Part shown: positions 1 through 6,963 of the stretch, one piece after another
Layout: the number at the start of each line of letters is the position of its first letter
How positions within the stretch are numbered: position 1 is the first letter of the stretch
Origin: a virus
Taxonomy: Duplodnaviria; Caudoviricetes
Length of the DNA: 62,388 nt
Direction: 5' to 3' (one strand)
Virus record (IMG/VR): IMGVR_UViG_3300007734_000743
Span: 1 to 62,388 of that record
Position numbers and translations under genes: made by a program
The notes under the pieces: generated by a model
What the model saw: only the letters and a program-made list of their open reading frames with translations
Told to the model about the DNA's origin: nothing
Database searches by the model: none

Positions 1-1
1 T

Positions 2-178
2 ATTGATATTATCTTTGAAAAAAGAGATTATTTTGAAGATTTTCTAAAGTGTGTAAATGGACAGATACCTTCGTGGTTTGAAGACGACTGTAATATGTTT
101 GACATTAGACCTTTTGTTGAGGACATATTTTATTCTGATATGATTGTTAGGCTCAAGGCTGAAGGATTGTATCTTTAA
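2..178 (+). CDS. 3' end of a hypothetical protein (truncated by window edge)
   Basis: Open frame from position 2 (IDIIFEKRDYFEDF...LKAEGLYL) ending TAA at 176-178, just before the first cassette repeat. Confidence 0.6.
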   Translation: MDIIFEKRDYFEDFLKCVNGQIPSWFEDDCNMFDIRPFVEDIFYSDMIVRLKAEGLYL

Positions 179-239
179 TTCCCCTCTTGGGGTCGTGAGA
201 CTGTTTTTCCATATTTCACAATTTCAGCGTATAATAGAT

Positions 240-944
240 ATGGAAATCATTTACACAGCTACTGTTGGTTCTAAAATGCATGGTTTGTCAACACCACAAT
301 CTGATGAAGACACTAGATACATTTACAAGCTGTCGCTCAGGGAAGTGATTTCACCATTTGCCACAGATAGAACTAAAACCACATCTTCCAATGGCGAAGA
401 TACCGAATCTTGGGAGCTAAGAAACTTTGTTAAGCATTTAACCTCAGGCAATCCTACAATGTATGAAGTTATTAAATCTCCATTGTATATTAAGGATAGT
501 AACTCTGAATTGCTCAGAATAGTTCCTAACTATGCTTTTGATGGAAGAAAGATTTTATTTGCTCACATTGGTTATGCTGAGGCACAACTAAAAAGATACT
601 TGAGAAACTTTCAGCAACCAGCTGAGACTAACACTTTAAGACGAATACCTAAATCAATTGTTGCCGCTTATAGAGTATTAGCACAGGCTGACCAGCTTCT
701 TAATACAGGAACATTTGAGCCTGTAATTAAAGACTACTCACAATCTTTACATGATAAGCTGATGACAATCAAGCTGATGTCCGCTGATGATATTACTTTA
801 GATTTTATCAAAGAACATGAGCTAGGTATTGAAAAAGGTATTCAAGATTTGAAGATTATGTTTGAGGATTTACCAAGCTCAATAAAGGATAAAAAGCCAG
901 ATATTGACGCCTTAGAGGTCTTGCTCATGTCGTTTTACAAGTGA
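240..944 (+). CDS. Pol-beta-superfamily nucleotidyltransferase (YcgL/RlaP-like)
   Basis: GSKMHGLSTPQSDED = GS...SDxD NTase motif, plus GNPT.YE; start moved to ATG 240 directly after the promoter repeat. Confidence 0.75.
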   Translation: MEIIYTATVGSKMHGLSTPQSDEDTRYIYKLSLREVISPFATDRTKTTSSNGEDTESWELRNFVKHLTSGNPTMYEVIKSPLYIKDSNSELLRIVPNYAFDGRKILFAHIGYAEAQLKRYLRNFQQPAETNTLRRIPKSIVAAYRVLAQADQLLNTGTFEPVIKDYSQSLHDKLMTIKLMSADDITLDFIKEHELGIEKGIQDLKIMFEDLPSSIKDKKPDIDALEVLLMSFYK

Positions 945-1005
945 CCCCCTGCAAGGGGCTTTAAGCCCGTTTTTCCATATTTCACATTTTCAGCGTATAA
1001 TAGAT

Positions 1006-1623
1006 ATGAGCGAAGCAGACATCATCAGCAAATACACAAAAATTGATTGGGAAAAAATTTCTGAAACTGAAGGACTTTCCGAGAGCTTCTTAAGAGAAAA
1101 CAAAGATAAAGTTCTTTGGTCAAAAGTTCTTAAGAGAAACAAATTTTCTGAAGATTTTATCTTGGAGTTTCAAGATAAGTTGGATTGGTCTTGGCTTGCC
1201 AGCTTTCAAAAATTTTCTGAAGATTTCATTAGAAAATATTCTTATGCCTTGGATTGGGAAGAAGTTTTGCAACACCAAGTGCTTTCTGAAAATTTCATCA
1301 GAGAACATCAAGTTGGCATGAATTGGTTTATAATTTCAAGTTCTCAAAAATTATCTGAGGATTTTATTAGAGAATTTCAACATAAAGTGTATTGGTGGCA
1401 TATTTCTTGTCACCAAAAATTATCTGAGGATTTTATTAGAGAATTTCAGGATAAGGTGCATTGGTCACAAATATCAGAAAAGCAAGAACTTTCTATGGAT
1501 TTTATTGAAGAGTTTGAGGATAAAGTAGATTGGAACATTCTTTGGAACCATGAAAATTCCCACAGGTTATCTTCAGAATTTAAGAAGAAATTCAAGAAGC
1601 ACGAGCCAATGTCTAAGTGGTAA
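1006..1623 (+). CDS. Tryptophan-repeat protein (~8 x 23-aa W..IS..QKLSEDFIREFQDKV. repeats)
   Basis: 23-aa periodicity of Trp; 35-bp exact DNA repeat at 1345-1379 and 1414-1448. Confidence 0.85.
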   Translation: MSEADIISKYTKIDWEKISETEGLSESFLRENKDKVLWSKVLKRNKFSEDFILEFQDKLDWSWLASFQKFSEDFIRKYSYALDWEEVLQHQVLSENFIREHQVGMNWFIISSSQKLSEDFIREFQHKVYWWHISCHQKLSEDFIREFQDKVHWSQISEKQELSMDFIEEFEDKVDWNILWNHENSHRLSSEFKKKFKKHEPMSKW

Positions 1624-1631
1624 TCTTAAGC

Positions 1632-1657
1632 GATAAGGGTAAAAATTTACCCTTATC
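1632..1657. repeat. Perfect inverted repeat GATAAGGGTAAA-AA-TTTACCCTTATC
   Basis: 12-bp arms between a stop codon and the third cassette promoter. Confidence 0.8.
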
Positions 1658-1715
1658 CCCTCCTCACAATCTCAGCCCGTTTTTCCAGGTTTCACAATCT
1701 CAGCGTATAATAGAT

Positions 1716-1931
1716 ATGGAACCTTTAGACATGACACTAGAAGAAGCGTTGGAGCGAAACCAATTTTTACAAAAGGCTTTAGATGAAGCCATTAACTTGG
1801 CAGTAATCCGAACGTGGGATTACAAAGATATTGTAGCAGGTTGGGGTGGTGATAATAATGCAACTTATGATACTAGAGAGCCGAAAAGCTCTTTTCCTGC
1901 TCTAGTGGAATACTTGGAGGAGAAGAAATGA
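1716..1931 (+). CDS. Small hypothetical early protein
   Basis: ATG directly after promoter repeat 3. Confidence 0.75.
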   Translation: MEPLDMTLEEALERNQFLQKALDEAINLAVIRTWDYKDIVAGWGGDNNATYDTREPKSSFPALVEYLEEKK

Positions 1932-2044
1932 CATTGTATCAAGTCCAAGGATTGATTGTATTCTATGTTGTCCCATGCGTCATCGTTCTCTTGGGATACT
2001 TCTGGGTGACATATTCAACAAGAAAAAAGAAAGAGAAGAAATAA
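1928..2044 (+). CDS. 38-aa membrane peptide (MTLYQVQGLIVFYVVPCVIVLLGYFWVTYSTRKKKEKK)
   Basis: ATGA overlap with the upstream stop; one hydrophobic helix and a basic tail; too short for the ORF track. Confidence 0.65.
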   Translation: MTLYQVQGLIVFYVVPCVIVLLGYFWVTYSTRKKKEKK

Positions 2045-2108
2045 ATTAACCCCACAAGGGTTCTTCAGCCCGTTTTTCCAGTTTTCACAAATGCCAAGTA
2101 TAATAGAT

Positions 2109-2480
2109 ATGAGCGAAAAAAACCTAGTTTTTCATGTTTTCGGATATGACATCATTCAGCGACCAGTTGACAGTTACCGTGATTTCATTGGGAGACAAGC
2201 TAGAACACTTCCACAAATACAAGTAGGTAAAACTGTTAGTTATTATGGGCATCAGCACACAGAGTACGGAAGATGTATAGAAAATGATATTTTTGAGACA
2301 GCAGACGAGGCTTTGGAAGTAGCTAAAACTCGTTTGGCAAAAGAAATCCAAGGGTTACAAGAACAATTAGCAGAGTGTGAAAATCACGAAATAAAAATAA
2401 AACTTTATGAAGACATTTTGAAGGAAACAGCAACCAAAGAAATTAATAGACTTGCCAAGGAGAATCACCTTTTAGGTTAA
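2109..2480 (+). CDS. Hypothetical early protein
   Basis: ATG directly after promoter repeat 4. Confidence 0.8.
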   Translation: MSEKNLVFHVFGYDIIQRPVDSYRDFIGRQARTLPQIQVGKTVSYYGHQHTEYGRCIENDIFETADEALEVAKTRLAKEIQGLQEQLAECENHEIKIKLYEDILKETATKEINRLAKENHLLG

Positions 2481-2483
2481 AGT

Positions 2484-2510
2484 ACGGGTTCAAATCTCAC
2501 TGCTCCACCA
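2484..2510 (+). pseudogene. tRNA/tmRNA 3'-end remnant (T-loop, acceptor 3' strand, ACCA)
   Basis: ACGGGTTCAAATCTCACTGCTCCACCA; no matching 5' half upstream. Confidence 0.55.
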
Positions 2511-2573
2511 ATTTCCCCATAAGGGGCATTCAGCCCGTTTTTCCAGTTTTCACAATTGCCAAGTATAATAGAT

Positions 2574-2722
2574 GTAAGACGAAAATCTTACAAGGTGCAG
2601 AAAGAGAACACACCTTGGGAAGAACGAAATTGCTTCCTGAAAGACGTAGCTCCCTCGCTGAAAGGCAGGGAGTGAACAACCTTTATATGTATATGTGTGC
2701 GAGAGTAAAATAAAACACTCGC
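2574..2722 (+). ncRNA. Putative structured ncRNA with 4-5 hairpins, most with GAAA-containing loops
   Basis: Starts at the position of the repeat where other cassettes have ATG; no ORF; stems GTAAGA/TCTTAC, AAGGTG/CACCTT, GGAAG/CTTCC, GCTCCCT/AGGGAGT, GCGAG/CTCGC. Confidence 0.7.
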
Positions 2723-2785
2723 CTTCCCCTTCTTGGGGTCTTCAGATTGTTTTTCCAGGTTTCACTGACACCAAGTATAATAGAT

Positions 2786-3103
2786 ATGAAAGAATTAAAT
2801 GGGAAAATCTACAACGAGCAAAATGAGGTAGCAGTGATTATTAGCACCAATTATGGTGCTGGTTGGTCTACTTGGAATACACAATATCCCGAATGTCTTT
2901 TTGACCCAGATTGTGTGAGGTCAATTTTGAGTGGTGAAAGAAACCACGAAAAGATTGCTCAAGAAAAGTGGGCTGATGGTTGTTGGAGTGGTGAAAACAG
3001 CGACGTTGTTTGGGTGCCAGTAGGCACAAAGTTCATCATTCATGAATACGATGGCTTGGAAACTGTTGTAGATTTAATGGATTTTAATTGGAAAGAAGCG
3101 TAA
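2786..3103 (+). CDS. Conserved viral hypothetical protein (VAV.IS..YGAGWSTWN...LFDP...IHEYDG.E)
   Basis: ATG after promoter repeat 6; motif pattern familiar from phage proteins of unknown function. Confidence 0.8.
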   Translation: MKELNGKIYNEQNEVAVIISTNYGAGWSTWNTQYPECLFDPDCVRSILSGERNHEKIAQEKWADGCWSGENSDVVWVPVGTKFIIHEYDGLETVVDLMDFNWKEA

Positions 3104-3176
3104 AACACTTGCTCAATCCCCTCACGGGGCTGTCAGATTGTTTTTCCAGGTCTCACGAAGATTGGGTATAATAGAT

Positions 3177-3401
3177 ATGACAGCACAAGACCATAATGAA
3201 AAAAATCTAGAAACCATCAAATATCAGGAATCGTACATCAATCATTTACAAGAAAAAATTGACAAACTAACATCTGTCATTGAATCTGGTAAGCCTGTGT
3301 GTCCTTATTGCAAGACAGAACTGCAGTTGGTGAGGGAAGAAAGGTATTACCTGCGAGGCAGAGGTGAAGAAGATGTATGGAAGTGCTATTGCACTGATTA
3401 A
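3177..3401 (+). CDS. Small coiled-coil plus Zn-ribbon protein
   Basis: ATG after repeat 7; CPYC...CYC. Confidence 0.75.
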   Translation: MTAQDHNEKNLETIKYQESYINHLQEKIDKLTSVIESGKPVCPYCKTELQLVREERYYLRGRGEEDVWKCYCTD

Positions 3402-3459
3402 CCCCATACACAATCTCACCACGTTTTTCCAGGTTTCACGAAGATTGGGTATAATAGAT

Positions 3460-3726
3460 ATGAGCAGACATTCAGCAACAACAAAAGATGGATTGGAAAT
3501 GATAATTGGTTACGACAGACCACTTAGTGAATACTTTATTCAGGTGTACGACGAAAACGATGAATTGATTTCCGACTGGTCATCGTCAGGTAATTCGATG
3601 ATTAAGAATCATCCTCCTATGGCTAACAGCAAGATGCTCTCAATGATTGAGCAAATCATGAGCGACGAAAGCCAGAAGCTACTGGCTCCGCAGATTAGGT
3701 TGCTCGCCTTGGATTTGCCTTTCTGA
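3460..3726 (+). CDS. Hypothetical early protein (GYDRPL..YF.QV)
   Basis: ATG after repeat 8. Confidence 0.75.
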   Translation: MSRHSATTKDGLEMIIGYDRPLSEYFIQVYDENDELISDWSSSGNSMIKNHPPMANSKMLSMIEQIMSDESQKLLAPQIRLLALDLPF

Positions 3727-3749
3727 GATTGTGTGGGAAGGGAAAAGGG

Positions 3750-3782
3750 GCACTTTTTTAAAAAGTGCTTTTAATTTTTTTT
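3750..3782 (+). terminator. Probable intrinsic terminator closing the cassette array
   Basis: GCACTTTTTT/AAAAAGTGC inverted repeat followed by a T-tract. Confidence 0.55.
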
Positions 3783-3789
3783 CCTATAT

Positions 3790-4740
3790 AGAGCATAGGG
3801 GGTACTTTGTGTGGTGAAAAGGGAACCCATAACCCCCCTGATTTTTCAAACCCGCTCACATTTATCGACAGAGGCATAGGGGGGTGGGGTAAAAATAACA
3901 CCCGGTACTATTTTCAGTCACGCATAGGTGTTTTTTTATTTGATAATAAGTCCTTAGCTGCCGTTGTGATTGCATCGTTATAAAAACTCTTATGCTCTAA
4001 ACGATGGCATATTGCACAAAGCATTATACATTTAGGTAATTCGTTTAAAATTATGCCAAATGAATAGTTTTTAATTTTGCTAAATTCAAATGTCTTTTCA
4101 ACGCCTTCGGAGTGGTGGAAATCTAAGCAAATATATTCTGACATGTCCTTAGGTTTCCACCCACACAATTCACATTTCCCGCCTTTATTCTCAACAGCAA
4201 AATGTCTATAGCCTAATGTTTTTATTTTAGTTACGCATTTTGAGCAAAAAATTCCATTTCTTGATTTTGAGAATATTTTATCACATCCAGGACACAATCT
4301 TTCTGTATAAACATAGATTCTTGAATTTTTAAATATTTGTTTTCTTTTGTTAACATCTTGATTGTATTTATTTAATATCTTTCTATATTTTGATTCACTC
4401 TCATACATATATTCTATCAATTCTTTATCATAATTATTTAGTTTTATAGGAACGCAATTGAAGCAATTAACTCTGCCTCTATAATCAAACCTTTTTCCTT
4501 TAAACTTAAATCGCTTACAGAATTCGAAGTTGCAAATTTTACATTTAGCCATAATACTATTATACAAAATTAAAATATTAACACCCTTTATTTTTAGTGA
4601 CACCCCCCTGGGGGGGTAAAAAAACGGGGGTGTGGTTTGCAGAAAGGGTATAGGCTAGAATTTTATTATGATATTTTTAAAAACAACCTAAAAAAATAAT
4701 TTTGGGTAGGCACAGGGGGAGGGTAAAAATAACACCCCCG
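3790..4740. repeat. G/C-run-rich non-coding blocks with an imperfect direct repeat GGCAYAGGGGG..GGGTAAAAATAACACCC (about 3873-3903 and 4709-4737) flanking the HNH gene
   Basis: Repeats seen directly; G/C homopolymer runs contrast with the AT-rich background. Confidence 0.7.
3914..4552 (-). CDS. HNH endonuclease (homing-type, Zn-finger)
   Basis: CELCG...CLDFHH...ELPKCIMLCAICHRLEH; N-terminal CxxC pairs; start set at ATG 4552 downstream of TGTATAAT. Confidence 0.85.
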   Translation of the reverse strand: MAKCKICNFEFCKRFKFKGKRFDYRGRVNCFNCVPIKLNNYDKELIEYMYESESKYRKILNKYNQDVNKRKQIFKNSRIYVYTERLCPGCDKIFSKSRNGIFCSKCVTKIKTLGYRHFAVENKGGKCELCGWKPKDMSEYICLDFHHSEGVEKTFEFSKIKNYSFGIILNELPKCIMLCAICHRLEHKSFYNDAITTAAKDLLSNKKTPMRD

Positions 4741-4786
4741 TCTTCTCAGATTGTGTATAAGGTGGATTTTTAATCGTATATATTTT

Positions 4787-5005
4787 ATGCTTTACAATTT
4801 GATTGTTTTTTTAACAGTTTTTGAAAACACTATGTTTTTTTTCGCTTTAACATACAAAAAATTTTTTGTGCTTGCGAAATCAGTTAAATATCAAATTTCT
4901 CTTGATAAAGCAGAGAATAAATATTTTGAGCAACTTGAAATAGAATCCTTAGCACTTGCTGTGCTTTATGTGCTATGTTTACTTTATGGAGCTCACATAA
5001 TTTAA
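4787..5005 (+). CDS. Small two-TM membrane protein
   Basis: Two hydrophobic segments; CGTATA-N6-ATG start. Confidence 0.5.
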   Translation: MLYNLIVFLTVFENTMFFFALTYKKFFVLAKSVKYQISLDKAENKYFEQLEIESLALAVLYVLCLLYGAHII

Positions 5006-5044
5006 AATTATAGAACATTGTCATGTTTTTATCGTATAATATAT

Positions 5045-5142
5045 TGCGGGATAGAGCAATGGTAGCTTGTCTGGCTCATTGAGTGCCTTAAGAGACATTG
5101 AATAACCAGGAGGTTGGGGGTTCGAGTCCCTCTCCCGCTCCA
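5045..5142 (+). tRNA. tRNA-Met(CAT), initiator-like, with a 24-nt insertion (about 5080-5103) in the anticodon loop
   Basis: TGCGGGA/TCCCGCT acceptor with 1:72 mismatch, D-arm GAGC/GCTT (A11-U24), anticodon stem TCTGG/CCAGG, T-arm GGGGG-TTCGAGT-CCCTC; removing 24 nt gives loop CTCATAA. Confidence 0.8.
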
Positions 5143-5145
5143 CAT

Positions 5146-5217
5146 GCTCCGATAGTCTAGTGGTTAGGACATCGCTCTTTCAAGGCAAAGACACGGGTTC
5201 AATTCCCGTTCGGAGTA
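5146..5217 (+). tRNA. tRNA-Glu(TTC), no encoded CCA
   Basis: GCTCCGA/TCGGAGT acceptor, loop CT-TTC-AA, T-arm ACGGG-TTCAATT-CCCGT. Confidence 0.92.
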
Positions 5218-5235
5218 AATAACACACAATCTGGA

Positions 5236-5988
5236 ATGAATATGTATCTACCTCTTCTTGCCTTTTCCCTTATCACACAATCTTCATTAGATGATGCACA
5301 ATGCAAAAAAGCTCTCAATGAAATTTTGCCCACTATGCGAACAACCAATGCCATGAGCTTTAGACTAGAGGGTGAAAATGAATACAAAGGTTTTTTCACA
5401 AAATACTCTGGTAGCTTTAAATGGTTCAAGAATGAATCTGTAATCAAATCCGAGCTGAAGCTTTCAAGAGATAATACAAATCTTCAAAGAATAGTGGCTG
5501 ATGGAAAGAAAGTATGGGCACACAATCTGCAAAGAAATGAATACACTGTGGCCCGATATTCTCTAGAGCTTTCTGTAGGAGAAGACTACATGAAAAGGTA
5601 TATCAGCGGTGTTAAGTATCCTGTGCTTGGCATGGGCCAGCATTTAATGACCTTGGCAGACCAAGTGGGATTTGTATCACCTTCACTGAAAGATTGGATT
5701 GGCGGCATCTCTTGGCAAGGAAAAATAGAAATAGATAAAAACAATTCTTTGAGAATTGTGAAGAGAATTTATCAAACTGTGGCTGATTATCGTTATGTGA
5801 TGTGGGAGCTTGAATCGTTTGATGAGGGTGTGACATTTAGTTTCTCAAGCATTAAGATTTATAACAAAAGCTTTGATGGCTCTACCACCACCACCTATCT
5901 TTATTTGGACGATTGTGTGGGTGTGGATTATTCAGGATTTAAATTTGTGCCTCCATCTGGCAGTAAAGTATTATGGATTAAAGATTGA
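5236..5988 (+). CDS. Secreted LolA-like (lipoprotein-carrier fold) protein
   Basis: N-terminal signal peptide; IVADGKKVWAHN...NEY and C-terminal FKFVPPSGSK motifs typical of the LolA/DUF2092 family. Confidence 0.6.
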   Translation: MNMYLPLLAFSLITQSSLDDAQCKKALNEILPTMRTTNAMSFRLEGENEYKGFFTKYSGSFKWFKNESVIKSELKLSRDNTNLQRIVADGKKVWAHNLQRNEYTVARYSLELSVGEDYMKRYISGVKYPVLGMGQHLMTLADQVGFVSPSLKDWIGGISWQGKIEIDKNNSLRIVKRIYQTVADYRYVMWELESFDEGVTFSFSSIKIYNKSFDGSTTTTYLYLDDCVGVDYSGFKFVPPSGSKVLWIKD

Positions 5989-6024
5989 GAAGGAAGATTT
6001 TCGCTCGATTTTTAAATTGTAAAT

Positions 6025-6690
6025 ATGAACAAACACAATCTACTTAAACGAATAGCATCTGTTGCCACAGAACTAGATGTAAAAGGTTTCACTAAAGAAG
6101 CTAAATCTTTAGATTTGATTCTTCTAAAACTTGCTCAATCACCTGTTGCCGCACCTGGCTCAGATGATGATGGAAATGATGATATTGAATTTCTATCAGC
6201 TGATGAAAATGCATTCAGCCTCGAAAAATGGAGCAAAATTAAAGAAATATTGAAATCAATTTACGAATCTATCAGAAGTGTTTCATACATGCAAGAAAGA
6301 AGTTTTTTTGAAAAAGTGTATGCATACCTTTCTAATAAAGGATATTCAGGACAATATTTAGAGCGGTGCTTGGGGCATTTGCAGAAATTTAAAGAATTGC
6401 TCATTGACACTGAAATGATTTTATCAAAAATGAACACTGAATATGAAAAAGCTTTCATTGAAGATTTTAACAAATTGTTTCAAACTTGGAAAGTGGGCTA
6501 TAGAGAAGTGTATGAAGATGGAAAACCAGAATTTTTAATTACTAACAAGCCAGAACAAGATGAGAAAAAAATGCAAATATCAAGTAAGTTACAAGATATT
6601 ATTGATATAATTGGCTGGGACAATGTACGCTTATTGCCTTGGGAAGAAAACCCAGCTCTAAATGATAAACCTTTTTTCAATATTAATTGA
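6025..6690 (+). CDS. Hypothetical protein with shared N-terminal module (IAS.ATELD..GFTKEAK..DLILLKLA)
   Basis: First ~38 aa nearly identical to those of 12913..13728; remainder unrelated. Confidence 0.8.
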   Translation: MNKHNLLKRIASVATELDVKGFTKEAKSLDLILLKLAQSPVAAPGSDDDGNDDIEFLSADENAFSLEKWSKIKEILKSIYESIRSVSYMQERSFFEKVYAYLSNKGYSGQYLERCLGHLQKFKELLIDTEMILSKMNTEYEKAFIEDFNKLFQTWKVGYREVYEDGKPEFLITNKPEQDEKKMQISSKLQDIIDIIGWDNVRLLPWEENPALNDKPFFNIN

Positions 6691-6963
6691 ATGGAAAACG
6701 ATTCACCACCTGAATTAATTAAATCTTTATTATTTCTCAAAGAAATAGTTGAGAAGGAATATAAAGACAAGGTGGTAATTTGGAAACTAGACGATAAATA
6801 TTCTGAAGCCGCCAAAGAATATTTAAACAAAACTAGAAACACAATCTTACTTGATTCTGAATTTTACACAAGAGCCAAGTTTGCTGGAGCTTGCATTGAC
6901 CCCACAGATTGTGTTTCTTATTGTGTGGGTTATAATGGCAGGTATCCAGTAATTAAAGCATGA
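6691..6963 (+). CDS. Hypothetical protein
   Basis: Abuts neighbours in an operon. Confidence 0.7.
   Translation: MENDSPPELIKSLLFLKEIVEKEYKDKVVIWKLDDKYSEAAKEYLNKTRNTILLDSEFYTRAKFAGACIDPTDCVSYCVGYNGRYPVIKA

Larger units (their letters stand above)
181..3459 (+). repeat. Eight dispersed copies of a ~60-bp promoter module (at about 181, 945, 1657, 2048, 2515, 2726, 3118, 3402)
   Basis: Consensus CCCC-N4-5-GGGG-N~10-GTTTTTCCA-NN-TYTCAC-N9-GTATAATAGAT, followed immediately by ATG (7 copies) or G (1 copy); TTCCAN-17bp-TATAAT resembles a sigma70 promoter. Confidence 0.95.

Noticed and set aside
1345-1448. DGR template/variable repeat pair
   Set aside because: Exact in-frame protein repeat with no adenine-specific mismatches and no reverse transcriptase
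2630-2680. Hammerhead ribozyme or type I-F CRISPR repeat mimic in the ncRNA
   Set aside because: CTGAAAGA does not fit the CUGANGA core, and the reverse-strand GTTCACT match to I-F repeats is only 7 nt
181-3459. CRISPR array or integron interpretation of the repeated module
   Set aside because: Intervening segments are 150-750 bp genes, the repeat contains -35/-10 boxes, there is no attC structure, and no cas gene or integrase is in the window
144-3459. Shared N-terminal peptide FFQVS...IIDM in the ORF track
   Set aside because: Artefact of translating through the promoter repeat; true starts are the ATGs after TATAATAGAT
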